From Anaerolineales bacterium (lineage in GTDB: Bacteria; Chloroflexota; Anaerolineae; Anaerolineales; UBA11657): a DNA stretch of 64,000 nucleotides. This document shows, piece by piece, positions 48,501 through 58,617 of this stretch. Positions within the stretch are counted from its first letter, which is position 1. Every line of letters begins with the position of its first letter. The notes beneath the pieces were generated by a model that had not been told where the DNA came from, searched no databases, and saw only the letters and a program-made list of their open reading frames with translations. The position numbers and the translations under genes were made by a program. The stretch spans positions 2,141 to 66,140 of the forward strand of contig JAKUPR010000005.1 of the NCBI GenBank assembly GCA_022450585.1. Reading direction: 5' to 3'.

Positions 48501-49328
48501 TTAGCTGAGAAATTCCTCTAGCGCCTCCTCCCAAGATCTAAGGCAGATTCCCAACGCAAGGGCGGCCTGGTTTTGCAAAACTCCATTTCGTGGTGGTGCA
48601 GATGCACGCTCATAATCCTCCAGCAAAATCGGACTGATGGGCACAGAGCTGTGTCCAGTGAAGTCTAGAACTTTGCGCGCTAAACCATAGCGCGACGTAT
48701 GTCCATGGTTAACCAGATGATATATTCCATAGGGCGCAATTTCAATGAGCTCCAGAATCGCGCACGCCAAGTCAACAGCATATGTAGGAACTCCGAGCTC
48801 ATCTGTCACCACTGAGAGAGAATCACCACTTTCCGCAATACTCCGAACAATATGCACAAAATTGGAACCACCCGCGGCGTACATCCACGAGGTACGCACA
48901 ATGTAGTATCGGTCTAGCAACTCCATAGTATGTCTCTCTGCAGCCAATTTTGTATGCCCATAAACATTTATTGGGGATGGATTGTCCGTCTCCACGTATG
49001 GTGCAGGGCTGCAACCATCAAAAACCTCATTCGTGCTCACCAAAACCATGATTACTCCATGCGCCGCGCAAACCTCCGCAACATTGCGCGTACCGATTTC
49101 ATTTACCAGTCGCGCCTTGTCAGGATCGCGCGCGCACCCATCTACATTGGTAAAAGCAGCACAGTGTATAACTACTTCTGGTTCTGCGTGCTTGATAGAA
49201 CTACTTACTTGTTCAAGGCGAGTAATATCAAAGTCAGGTAAATCTTTCCCTGTGACATTAACATCGGGGAGCATGCTACTAATCGTAGATCCTAACTGTC
49301 CCAGTATGCCAGTGATAAAAAATCGCAT
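48501..49328 (-). CDS. rfbD: dTDP-4-dehydrorhamnose reductase
   Basis: The N-terminus reads MRFFITGILGQLGS, followed by YGHTKLAAE (YxxxK). Length is 275 aa, which fits the RmlD family. Confidence 0.85.
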   Translation of the reverse strand: MRFFITGILGQLGSTISSMLPDVNVTGKDLPDFDITRLEQVSSSIKHAEPEVVIHCAAFTNVDGCARDPDKARLVNEIGTRNVAEVCAAHGVIMVLVSTNEVFDGCSPAPYVETDNPSPINVYGHTKLAAERHTMELLDRYYIVRTSWMYAAGGSNFVHIVRSIAESGDSLSVVTDELGVPTYAVDLACAILELIEIAPYGIYHLVNHGHTSRYGLARKVLDFTGHSSVPISPILLEDYERASAPPRNGVLQNQAALALGICLRSWEEALEEFLS

Positions 49329-49386
49329 GTACCGTTTTTAGTTACACTTTATTAAGCATGATTGTGCACGGGTAAGTTCACTCTGA

Positions 49387-50151
49387 TTATACTCTTTCAA
49401 AATCCCCCGAGAGGTAATCATTTAGTGTCGCGATGCTGCGGACAATTGCACTCTTACGAAATCTTTCTAGAGTTCCTGGTTCCATCCTAGAGATAATTTG
49501 ATTTTGAATCGAATCTTCAGAACACAATAAATTTTCGAACTCTTCAGGTTTACGTCCCATCCGCTCAGCGAAGACATCAACAGTCCGAACTACCGCTCCA
49601 GGAGAGCACTGGTCCGCTAGAAGGTCACGCCAAAGAATTAGATGTTTGCTTTCCACGAACGGCAACCAGTACACAGACCGATTAGCCAATAGTAAGCCCT
49701 CCATATCAACTGAGAGTCGCACATAATCACGCTGATCCAAATACGCACGCAAAACATTGTGTAAAAACAAACGTTCTGAAAAATCTTTCCAAGACGCCCT
49801 GCTCCCGAAAATAGGATGGAAAATCTCACGTATCCACATCTGGTCAAGCATCAAATGGATAGAATAACCAGCGATGAAGGATGACCGCCGAGCGGGCAGC
49901 ATTGCACCATTGGCAAGTTCCGGGTATTTTGCGAACATCACTTGCTGCGCCGAGAAGAGATTTGGGCCGTCAATCGAGAAGAAATGAGTTTCTTCACGTG
50001 CCTGTCCAGAAACTGTCTGCACATCTGGCGCTGTGTTACCAAAAAGAAAAGCGGATCGCTCAGTCAACAGAAAATCACGTATATCAGCATGCAACCTTTT
50101 GTCGCAAAGTATGTCTTGTGCCAGAACCAAATGATAGAAAGGCGTTGGCAT
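49387..50151 (-). CDS. Hypothetical protein, possibly a zinc-dependent phospholipase C-like fold
   Basis: The N-terminal pattern is FYHLVLAQDIL...FLFGNTAPDV...THFF. The family assignment is from memory and is weak. Confidence 0.4.
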   Translation of the reverse strand: MPTPFYHLVLAQDILCDKRLHADIRDFLLTERSAFLFGNTAPDVQTVSGQAREETHFFSIDGPNLFSAQQVMFAKYPELANGAMLPARRSSFIAGYSIHLMLDQMWIREIFHPIFGSRASWKDFSERLFLHNVLRAYLDQRDYVRLSVDMEGLLLANRSVYWLPFVESKHLILWRDLLADQCSPGAVVRTVDVFAERMGRKPEEFENLLCSEDSIQNQIISRMEPGTLERFRKSAIVRSIATLNDYLSGDFERV

Positions 50152-50351
50152 AGATAATGCTACAAACTCAGTTGATTACTATTATTCTTCGGAAGAACAG
50201 TATGTTTTCGATGCCTGAACTACCAATTGATAGGTTAGAATAAAGCTGATGTCAACAAAACAACTCGGTTTCTCATGGGCAGTATAGCACAATGCATTTG
50301 ACTTACTCGCGCCCTGATTGCAAGAATATCGTGCCCGCCATCGGTATCGGG

Positions 50352-51650
50352 ATGAAAGCACTAATGCTAGCAGCTGTTTTCTGTATTTCAGCATGTGCGA
50401 ATCTGAGCAATAGTGACGAAAGTGGCATTAAGGTACCCCAGAGCCCACTGCTGGGAGCAGTGGAACGCAAATCCGGATTGATTGCATTCATTAGCAGCGA
50501 CGGCAACATCTATACCATGAATCAAGCGGGGCAAGACCTAACGCAAATCACCACAGATGCAACCTTCGGTGACGGCCAACTGCATTATTACAGCCACGTC
50601 ACCTGGTCGCCTGATGGAAGCCAAATTGCCTATGTAAGTTACAGTGGATCCAACCCGCAGGACGTAGAGGCCCAGCTTTATGTAAGCCAAAGCAACGGTG
50701 CAAATGCACGCGAGATTTTTGCAAGTGACCGAATGATTCCACGTTTTCTCTACTGGGCACCGAACAGTAATTCGCTCGCGTTCCTATCAGCCCAAAAAGG
50801 CTCCAATAGTCAAATTCTACGACTATCCAAACTAGATGGAACAGAATCGCAGGTATTGGATTCCGGTCAACCACTGTTCTGGTCCTGGACACCGTCGAGT
50901 AAACGCATGTTAATCCATGGAAACGGGTCCGGACCTGGTTCGCGGTTGGCATATCTATGGCTAGGAGATACCATCATAGAAGACGGTCTTCAGGTACATC
51001 CGGCCTCTTTTCAAGCACCAGATTTCTCGCCGGATGGCAACCACATAATTTTCGCTGGAATCACAGATGATGGAAATAGTGCTCTGATTACGCTTGAACG
51101 TACCACTGGACTCCAGAACATCATAGCAGAATATCAAGGCACAGTCTCATTCCAGTGGTCTCCCATAGACGACCACATAGCTTTCACTTCCAGCCAAGAT
51201 GACACTCTCACAACACAAAATCAGAGACCATTGACAGTAATGAGAAACCAAACGTCTCCAATACAGCTGCTCAGCACTGGTGAGAACGTCATTGGTTTCT
51301 TCTGGTCACCAGACGGAACCAAAATTGCCTACTTTCAGGGAGCTGTGAGCCAAGGGGGAGAAATACGAACGATGGGACAGTTCACACACCTAGAGTTACA
51401 CGTCATCAAAATTCCCCAAGGCGAAAGTAAATTACTCTTTTCTTTCGTCCCCTCTGAGCAATTTGCGACATTGCTGCCGTACATCGACCAGTACCAACGC
51501 ACACTGACTATCTGGTCGCCTGATAGTCAGTACCTAGCAATATCAGGTTACACACAGCAAGGGCCCGCAATCGTAGTGGCACAGGCAGAAGGTGACTTCG
51601 AGCCTCGCGTACTAGAGCCGGGTATTCTAGCCGTCTGGTCATGGAAATAG
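50352..51650 (+). CDS. TolB-like (PD40) beta-propeller lipoprotein
   Basis: The lipobox signal is MKALMLAAVFCISAC. Repeats WSPDGSQIAYVS, FSPDGNHIIFAG, WSPDGTKIAYF and WSPDSQYLAISG are present. The track ORF starts at 50292. Confidence 0.82.
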   Translation: MKALMLAAVFCISACANLSNSDESGIKVPQSPLLGAVERKSGLIAFISSDGNIYTMNQAGQDLTQITTDATFGDGQLHYYSHVTWSPDGSQIAYVSYSGSNPQDVEAQLYVSQSNGANAREIFASDRMIPRFLYWAPNSNSLAFLSAQKGSNSQILRLSKLDGTESQVLDSGQPLFWSWTPSSKRMLIHGNGSGPGSRLAYLWLGDTIIEDGLQVHPASFQAPDFSPDGNHIIFAGITDDGNSALITLERTTGLQNIIAEYQGTVSFQWSPIDDHIAFTSSQDDTLTTQNQRPLTVMRNQTSPIQLLSTGENVIGFFWSPDGTKIAYFQGAVSQGGEIRTMGQFTHLELHVIKIPQGESKLLFSFVPSEQFATLLPYIDQYQRTLTIWSPDSQYLAISGYTQQGPAIVVAQAEGDFEPRVLEPGILAVWSWK

Positions 51651-51685
51651 CAATTTCCACTAACCATAGGCCAATTACTATCAAA

Positions 51686-52240
51686 TTATAGCTTGGGCAG
51701 GACGATGGATTGCTGACGCTGATACTTCCCTTGCTTATCAGCATAGGATATTTCACACTCATCGGCAGCCTCGAAGAACAAAACCTGCGCAATACCCTCA
51801 TTGGCATAAATTTTAGCCGGTAAAGGTGTGGTGTTGGAAATCTCCAACGTCACGTAACCCTCCCATTCAGGCTCAAATGGGGTGACATTTACAATAATTC
51901 CACATCGTGCGTATGTGCTTTTTCCCACGCAGATAGTCAAGACATTGCGAGGAATGCGAAAATATTCCACAGTACGCGCCAAAGCAAAGGAATTAGGCGG
52001 TATGACGCAGACATCCCCCTTAAAATCCACCATTGAGCGAGGGTCAAAATCTTTCGGGTCCACCACCGCGGAATGAACGTTGGTAAAGATCTTGAACTCC
52101 TCGGCAACGCGGATATCGTACCCATAAGATGAGACGCCATACGAAATTGCTCCGCTGCGCACTTGGGTAGCTTGGAATGGCTCTATCATTCCATAGTCAC
52201 GCGCCATTTGTATTATCCAGTGGTCGGGTTTGATACTCAT
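51686..52240 (-). CDS. dcd: dCTP deaminase
   Basis: The N-terminus [22 protein letters not shown] and the 184-aa length are typical of Dcd. Confidence 0.9.
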   Translation of the reverse strand: MSIKPDHWIIQMARDYGMIEPFQATQVRSGAISYGVSSYGYDIRVAEEFKIFTNVHSAVVDPKDFDPRSMVDFKGDVCVIPPNSFALARTVEYFRIPRNVLTICVGKSTYARCGIIVNVTPFEPEWEGYVTLEISNTTPLPAKIYANEGIAQVLFFEAADECEISYADKQGKYQRQQSIVLPKL

Positions 52241-52301
52241 CAGAGATTACTCCTGTTTAAGTTTTATATCGTTGCAGCTCGACAAAATTACATCACCTGC
52301 T

Positions 52302-53945
52302 TCACATTGCCTTGGGGGCATCAACACCTAGCAATTCCAGAGTGCGGGCTAATCCGAAGCGTGCTGCTCGCACAAGCTTAAGGCGCGCAAGGCTAAGAGC
52401 TTTATTATCCACATCCACAACTCGGCAATCCCTGTAAAACCCGTGAAAGCTACCGGCAAGATCACGCGCGTAGGCCGTCAAATGATGTGGTTCCAGTTCA
52501 CGCACCGCTCGATCAATAGTATCAGACAATTCGAGCAACCGTCGGATTAGCAAATGCTCAGCCGGGTGACACAACAGATCTACATCTCCCGAATCACCAA
52601 GGAATCCTTCCGATTGCGCTTTTTCAATAACCCTACAAATGCGTGCATGAGCATATTGAACATAATAGACGGGGTTCTTCTCCGACTGCTCCCGTGCCAG
52701 ATCAAGATCGAAGTCCAGGTGACTTCCGGCAGCACGCATTAGCATGAAAAAACGCACAACATCTGGACCTACATCTTCAAGAAGTTCGTCAAGGGTCACA
52801 AAATTTCCAGAACGTTTGCTCATACGGTTCCCCTTAATGGTCACAAACTGGTTCATGAGCATTTTAATACCGGAACCATCATAGCCCATAGCCTCCACTC
52901 CACGGATAACATCTGGAAATGCATCCTTATGGTCAGCACCTAGTACATCCACCACAAGATCAAATCCACGCTGTAGCTTGTTACAATGATAGGCGATATC
53001 CGGCAAACGGTATGTTGGCTCGCCCCCAGATTTGACTATGACGCGGTCATCTCTACCTCCCAGAGAAGTAGCAGCAAACCATAAAGCACCATCACGCTCA
53101 TAAGCAAAACCTTTATCACGTAGTACCTCCACCACTTTATCCACTGAGCCGTCGTCGTAGAGAGAGTACTCATTAAAAAACACATCCATCTGTATGCCCA
53201 AAATTTTCATGGTATCGCGTTGATTTCCGGCAATAGCATCTTCAGCCTTGGTCTTGAAAAACTCCCAATCCGCATCAACGATACTCTCTCCATGTTCCAC
53301 GTACAACCCACGCCCCAATTCCACCAAGTATGCACCATGATAGTGGTCTTCTGCCAATTCCACTGACTGGCCAAGCGCCTGCAAATAGCGCAGCCGGAGC
53401 GATTCCCCCAATCTACGCATCTGCTGGCCAGCATTGTTGTAATAAAATTCACGCGTTACCTGATATCCGACTGCCGCCAGTAAATTTGAGACAGAGTCGC
53501 CAACTACCCCTCCACGTCCATGACCCACAGTCAGAGGTCCCGTAGGATTGGCGCTGATAAATTCAACCTGCGCACTTTTTCCATCCCCGTACTGCAAATC
53601 CGCGTACGCAGAGCCCAATCCCAAAATCACCTCTATTTGAGATGCCAACCAGTCTCCATTCAAACGAATGTTCAAGAAACCTGGTGCCGATACCGAAGTA
53701 TCCCCAAGCAACACACTGTCAGGCAAGTACTTTTCTATTTGACCAGCGATTTCCAAAGGATTTTGTTGCATTGGTTTCGCTAGCTGAAGGGGCAGCGCAC
53801 AGGAGTAGTCTCCCCACTCAGACCTTGTAGGATGACTAAGATGTGCATGCTCAGGTAGAGTACATCCAGAGAGCACGCCCGCCCGCTGGGCAGCTTGCGC
53901 ACCCTCCAAAATCAACTGCCCAAGACTTGCAGAAAGAACTCGCAT
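52302..53945 (-). CDS. argS: Arginine--tRNA ligase
   Basis: The HIGH region reads SANPTGPLTVGHGRG and the KMSKS-like region reads RMSKRSG. A C-terminal DALR anticodon-binding domain is present. Length is 547 aa. Confidence 0.95.
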   Translation of the reverse strand: MRVLSASLGQLILEGAQAAQRAGVLSGCTLPEHAHLSHPTRSEWGDYSCALPLQLAKPMQQNPLEIAGQIEKYLPDSVLLGDTSVSAPGFLNIRLNGDWLASQIEVILGLGSAYADLQYGDGKSAQVEFISANPTGPLTVGHGRGGVVGDSVSNLLAAVGYQVTREFYYNNAGQQMRRLGESLRLRYLQALGQSVELAEDHYHGAYLVELGRGLYVEHGESIVDADWEFFKTKAEDAIAGNQRDTMKILGIQMDVFFNEYSLYDDGSVDKVVEVLRDKGFAYERDGALWFAATSLGGRDDRVIVKSGGEPTYRLPDIAYHCNKLQRGFDLVVDVLGADHKDAFPDVIRGVEAMGYDGSGIKMLMNQFVTIKGNRMSKRSGNFVTLDELLEDVGPDVVRFFMLMRAAGSHLDFDLDLAREQSEKNPVYYVQYAHARICRVIEKAQSEGFLGDSGDVDLLCHPAEHLLIRRLLELSDTIDRAVRELEPHHLTAYARDLAGSFHGFYRDCRVVDVDNKALSLARLKLVRAARFGLARTLELLGVDAPKAM

Positions 53946-54106
53946 AGAGTTTACCGCGGCGGCAATTCTAACATATGCCCCTAGAATCTAAGCACATACG
54001 ACTCCGGAAACATAAGAATACGTAAGAACCAACCATGTCAAAACCATGACCACTCAGTTATCATCTTTCACTAGTACTCAAGAATTAAGAGCGATTGTCC
54101 GGAAAA

Positions 54107-56017
54107 CTAACCGGACTTCACAACTTGCCATTCTCCTTCATCTGTCTGCTGACATGCGTAACTTGGTGAGCGCTTCGAGTCACGAGAATACAGTTCATAA
54201 ATTTGTACCGGTTGACTCAAGCCTGTGGCTTGTCGACTGTATACATTAGAGACTTGCATCCACACTGGAACATCGGTCAAATCCAGTGGGATCCCAGCAT
54301 TCTCAATATAGCGAAAACCGCGATCATACCATTCATCCCAGCTTAGTCCCTGCTCATACTCTGTGGCAAGACACTGAATAAGATCAGACCGGAGCCAGTA
54401 CTTATAATCATTCCAAGTGATATTTATACGTTCGCCTCGATCTGCCAATTTGTTCAGCGCTAACATATCATGGCATTCCGGCAATGGGAAGCCCTCCAGA
54501 TCGCATATTCCACTGTGGTGGATTTTATACCGCACCGTCCGTTTGAAATCTTGTTCGAGAGTAGAGTATCCGATTAGAGCGATACACATACACGCGATCA
54601 TTACACCCCGGAACCACATATGTGAATTACTTGTTTGAAATACATATTCAGACGCAAAGGCAATTGCAGGAATCAGGGCCAAAAGAGCCGGAAGTAGGAA
54701 CCTGGGTGCAAAATAAGATACTTGAGCGAGAGCCGAGACTGTCACTGCAATAATAATAACAAAGGTGAAGCTCATAAGGTTTTTATTTTGTCTCCACTCC
54801 CTGACCGGCACAAGCAATACTAGGGGACCAAGGGCAATGAACAAGCCAGAAATGTTTCCGTATTGAAATGCGTAATCACCATATGCCAGAGCCAATGGAT
54901 AACTCATCAATATAAGCCACACACTCTTGGGCGCGTGCCAGGATCCTTGCGAGCGATAAACAGCACCTATATCAGACTCGAGAAACAAAAACGGTGCAAA
55001 CGGCTCGCCGAAGAACACAAAATTCTTAATAGCTTGTGGCACCACCGGCAACAAAGCAGATACAAAAAAAACCAGACACAAGAAAAATAATGATCTTGAG
55101 TAACGAACGTTGAAGTAGAGAATCGCCACTACAGGCAGGCCAACCGCTAACACGTAGGTTGCTTTTGCGACCACAGAGAATCCAGTGAGCAGCCCCACAA
55201 GAATTACCACTGGAACTAGCGCCTTACTTCTCTGCACTTGCACAGCCCAATACAGAGCAGCAATACCCATAGCCACCGCAAATAAATCAACCTTACCATC
55301 AATCAGATAGAAGGTCACCGAAGTAGATGACAACACCATGACCACAGCCACCCACTTTCCCATACGCCCCACACCCAGAAGACCACACATGGATACTAAG
55401 ATAGCGATCATACTTATAGTAGTCACCCAGACAAAAAGTAGGGCAGCCTGCTCACCAGCCAGCTTGAGTAATGCTGCGTGGTGCATTTCGCCTATAAACC
55501 CAGAAACACCGTGTGTGTACTCGTGTCCACCAATAAGTGCCAGTCTCCCGGATTCAGCCATAACTTTGGGCAATGCCATATAGAAAAATATGCCATCACC
55601 GGCTCCAAATCTAACCGGAAGGATAGCATTGAAAACCCCTAGCAGGACCAAAACAAATAGCGTCAGCACAGCTAAAAAACCGACAGATATTTGAAGACCA
55701 GAAAGATGATTCCACACTTGAATCCATAGCCGACGAAATGTATCTACTATTTCTCTGCGCACAACGGCTGCGCCCAGAAGCAGAAACAATACTATCAATC
55801 CAACGACGAGAGGCAAAGAGAATTCTCCTGCCAGACCTAGCACCAACCATATACTTGCTAGCAATCCCTCCCCAACTAGCAACGTAGTGGCTAGGAACGC
55901 AGCAGCCGAAAAATTGCGCCATTGCTCTCTCCCAACACCAATTACAGTCAGAAGAGATGCTCCTGCAGCCGAACAGGCAGCTATGTAAACCAGACAAACA
56001 CCCACTGATGTAATCAT
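54107..56017 (-). CDS. Large polytopic membrane protein with a C-terminal soluble domain (possible GT-C glycosyltransferase or polymerase)
   Basis: About 13 or more hydrophobic helices are followed by a soluble tail of about 150 aa. I recognise no diagnostic motif. The function is inferred from its position in the glycan cluster. Confidence 0.6.
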   Translation of the reverse strand: MITSVGVCLVYIAACSAAGASLLTVIGVGREQWRNFSAAAFLATTLLVGEGLLASIWLVLGLAGEFSLPLVVGLIVLFLLLGAAVVRREIVDTFRRLWIQVWNHLSGLQISVGFLAVLTLFVLVLLGVFNAILPVRFGAGDGIFFYMALPKVMAESGRLALIGGHEYTHGVSGFIGEMHHAALLKLAGEQAALLFVWVTTISMIAILVSMCGLLGVGRMGKWVAVVMVLSSTSVTFYLIDGKVDLFAVAMGIAALYWAVQVQRSKALVPVVILVGLLTGFSVVAKATYVLAVGLPVVAILYFNVRYSRSLFFLCLVFFVSALLPVVPQAIKNFVFFGEPFAPFLFLESDIGAVYRSQGSWHAPKSVWLILMSYPLALAYGDYAFQYGNISGLFIALGPLVLLVPVREWRQNKNLMSFTFVIIIAVTVSALAQVSYFAPRFLLPALLALIPAIAFASEYVFQTSNSHMWFRGVMIACMCIALIGYSTLEQDFKRTVRYKIHHSGICDLEGFPLPECHDMLALNKLADRGERINITWNDYKYWLRSDLIQCLATEYEQGLSWDEWYDRGFRYIENAGIPLDLTDVPVWMQVSNVYSRQATGLSQPVQIYELYSRDSKRSPSYACQQTDEGEWQVVKSG

Positions 56018-56038
56018 CTAAGAATTACTAGTATGGGA

Positions 56039-56209
56039 TCAGAAACCGATCCGCCATTGAAGCAGCTTGAGTAATTCAGCCGGCGGCCAAAAACCCCAAG
56101 ATGTCAACACATTGGTAAACGGCGCATATATGTTAACCCGCATCCGGAATGAGACGGCTGCAAACATCCAAGCGATTAGGAATATTCGGAATATCCGCCA
56201 AGAGAACAT
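56039..56209 (-). CDS. Candidate small membrane protein, 56 aa, below the ORF-track cutoff
   Basis: My hand translation is MFSWRIFRIFLIAWMFAAVSFRMRVNIYAPFTNVLTSWGFWPPAELLKLLQWRIGF. Its ATG directly abuts the DUF5989 stop (TAAATG). Its stop lies 21 nt before the next gene. It has one hydrophobic helix and is Trp/Arg-rich. Confidence 0.35.
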   Translation of the reverse strand: MFSWRIFRIFLIAWMFAAVSFRMRVNIYAPFTNVLTSWGFWPPAELLKLLQWRIGF

Positions 56210-56392
56210 TTAGAACAATGTGTAAATGAACGGGCCGACTCCAGAGGCCGAAGCGAAAACCAACAAAAGTCCGAAAACTAGGAGAACAGCCACCATAGGT
56301 ATCATCCACCACAGTTTTCGCTGCCAAAGAAAAGACAGCACTTCACCGAAAACCCCCAAATTTACAGCCATTGTCCGTAAAAAAGTTTTCAT
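56210..56392 (-). CDS. DUF5989-family small membrane protein
   Basis: The 60-aa protein has the family pattern RKLWWMIPMVAVLLVFGLLLVFAS...GPFIYTLF. GGAGG lies 7 nt upstream of the ATG. Confidence 0.8.
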   Translation of the reverse strand: MKTFLRTMAVNLGVFGEVLSFLWQRKLWWMIPMVAVLLVFGLLLVFASASGVGPFIYTLF

Positions 56393-56456
56393 TGACAGCC
56401 TCCAATCATATTATCCGCATGAAACAGTAAATTGAACACGGCAATTTCATTTGCCG

Positions 56457-57845
56457 CTAGGACGCCTTAGCAATGCGCTCGGCCAAAGCAATCGCGCGCT
56501 CCATACACTGGTCGCTATCGATGTAGCGATACTCGCCTGTCCGACCGAGAACATCCAAATTGGGTTGCTCTCGAATGAACTGTAGTACATTATCCAAATG
56601 CTCGCGGAAGCCATAATAGCGGATTGGGTACGCATGCGCAGCTCGCACAACAAACGACTTTGTAATATCTTCCCCTGATATGATTCCATCTTGATCCAGA
56701 TGCGGCAATGACAATTCTAAGAGCTCTTGCTCGCTCATCTTCCACAGTTTGTCTCCACTATGGCAAGAAAACTCAACAGCCAACATGTTTTCTCCAGGCG
56801 GGGAAAGAGTATCACAAAATTTGTCCATCTCCGCAAGACGATGGTAAGGACGACCCAAGTAGTAAATATACGAAGTATCCAGTAAATCCCTCTTTGACGT
56901 AACCACATAAAGCACTATCAAGCCAAGGTATCCTAGTCGATCTGCGCTTGCTTGAACATTGGATGAAACACCAGGGGATATCATTTTGACTAGGTTCGGT
57001 ATAGGTATTGTGGAAATAACATGATCAGCTTCCATTTTAACTACTTGGCCGTTTTGAAGTACCGTAACAACGTAACCACCAGCGACAGATCTAAGCTGCG
57101 TTACCCTAGAATTGAGGTGGATAATCCCCCCCTGGTTCAGCACACGCTCAGCTATTGCCTCAGCAATCAAACCATATCCCCGAGTTGGATAACGCAATGG
57201 TAGTACAAGCTCTCGCTCTGTAAGAGACCGTGCCTTTCCACTCACTCTCCGCACGAGCATCATCTTCAAACTTTTCATGAAATTTAGCCTAGTACTGGTG
57301 GGTAGAATCTCTGGAGAGAGACGCTCACAGGCTAGCTTCCAAAACCCTTCAGTATATGGACGAAAGAAAATTTTAGCCAGATGGCTACCAAAATTAGCCG
57401 CCGCCCATTCCCCAAAGTGAGGACTTTGTTCATGCATTCCTAGTATTTTCTGTGCTATCCGCTTTAGCTGTGCCCATACAAAAGTAAACACGGAAGCGAT
57501 AGAATCACCCGGCGAGAAATTCAGCAACACATTTTTCGCGCTTAGGGGATAGTCTAAGAAGCGCCCCTGAATGTGTAGCTGTGCACTACGCTCAAAACTG
57601 ACCACATCGTCAGCCAAGAGGTCTGTGATGCGTTCAACAATCTCTTGTTTCTGAGTGATAAAGAAATGTGGCCCAAAATCAAGGCAGTACTTACCTTCAT
57701 CAGCGCGAATAGTACCGGCCAGACCACCAATGTGACCCTGAGATTCACAAATTATCGTCTGGAATCCAAGTTCATGTAGTCGCCAAGCAACCGACAATCC
57801 GGAGATACCAGCACCCAATACTATAATCCGTTTTTTGTTATCCAA
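56457..57845 (-). CDS. FAD/NAD(P)-binding oxidoreductase (amine oxidase / UDP-galactopyranose mutase-like superfamily)
   Basis: The N-terminal dinucleotide-binding motif is IIVLGAGISGLSVAWRL...ESQGHIGG. Length is 462 aa. Confidence 0.75.
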   Translation of the reverse strand: MDNKKRIIVLGAGISGLSVAWRLHELGFQTIICESQGHIGGLAGTIRADEGKYCLDFGPHFFITQKQEIVERITDLLADDVVSFERSAQLHIQGRFLDYPLSAKNVLLNFSPGDSIASVFTFVWAQLKRIAQKILGMHEQSPHFGEWAAANFGSHLAKIFFRPYTEGFWKLACERLSPEILPTSTRLNFMKSLKMMLVRRVSGKARSLTERELVLPLRYPTRGYGLIAEAIAERVLNQGGIIHLNSRVTQLRSVAGGYVVTVLQNGQVVKMEADHVISTIPIPNLVKMISPGVSSNVQASADRLGYLGLIVLYVVTSKRDLLDTSYIYYLGRPYHRLAEMDKFCDTLSPPGENMLAVEFSCHSGDKLWKMSEQELLELSLPHLDQDGIISGEDITKSFVVRAAHAYPIRYYGFREHLDNVLQFIREQPNLDVLGRTGEYRYIDSDQCMERAIALAERIAKAS

Positions 57846-57879
57846 TCTGGAGATTCACCTAGAAACTAATTTAGTAGTA

Positions 57880-58617
57880 TTAGAAAACCATCAATACATT
57901 CTTATAATTTGCGTTTACCGTGAATTGCGTTGGCAACGTGGTCACCTTAATTCCTAACTCCACACCCAGAGATTCCCAGAATCCGTCGGGTATTTGTAAG
58001 TAGCTGTGGCCACGCTGCTTAACCTTTCGATAACGAGCGTCAGCAAGCCATATTTTACAAAGTAAACCAATTACGTCAACAACCATACCTTCCCGTAGCA
58101 CGAAAGCTAGTGACTTGAGTATATCTTGAATCGTTCTGCCTTTGTGACCGATGTCTCCTATAATCATCTTTGATCCCGAGACGGATATTTGCTGCATGCC
58201 ACGGACAAACGCAGTTACATGGTCCAGGTCGGCAAAGTAATGCACCACGCTAAAGCAGATAATTTTAGTGAAACCCGAACCTAAGGTGGAGATGTCACTC
58301 ATGTCCGGTTTTACCTGCCTAACAATTACATTTGATTTTGAAGCGAACTTGAGGTTACACACACTGACATAATAATCGGACATGTCAGCACACACTACCG
58401 AGCCCACATTGTTGGCCACGTTTTCTGCAAAGTGGCCAACACCACAACCAAAATCAAGTACTTTGTCATCCTGACAGTAACCCATTAAATCAGAACTGAG
58501 GCGCACAAACGTGTCCATCTGTTTCCTCCAGAGGCTGGAGTGAGACCACGTGTTGTCGCTATTCCAGTACTCAACCCAGACGTTTTTATGCCCAGTAGAA
58601 CCTGCAGTATCACTCAT
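57880..58617 (-). CDS. Class I SAM-dependent methyltransferase
   Basis: The SAM motif is VLDFGCGVGHF. I set the start at the ATG at 58617, which forms an ATGA overlap with the upstream stop. The track ORF starts at 58647. Confidence 0.75.
   Translation of the reverse strand: MSDTAGSTGHKNVWVEYWNSDNTWSHSSLWRKQMDTFVRLSSDLMGYCQDDKVLDFGCGVGHFAENVANNVGSVVCADMSDYYVSVCNLKFASKSNVIVRQVKPDMSDISTLGSGFTKIICFSVVHYFADLDHVTAFVRGMQQISVSGSKMIIGDIGHKGRTIQDILKSLAFVLREGMVVDVIGLLCKIWLADARYRKVKQRGHSYLQIPDGFWESLGVELGIKVTTLPTQFTVNANYKNVLMVF

Noticed and set aside
53946-54106. The sequence taccgcgg upstream of argS resembles part of the T-box core.
   Set aside because: The match is on the plus strand, whereas argS is on the minus strand. 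On the correct strand the sequence (ccgcggtaa) does not match the T-box consensus. I saw no specifier or antiterminator structure.
56133-56327. A 64-aa minus-strand ORF from the track overlaps DUF5989 in another frame.
   Set aside because: The DUF5989 frame carries the diagnostic family C-terminus and a good ribosome-binding site. Downstream of it, the TAAATG-coupled 56-aa frame is a better candidate than this overlapping frame.
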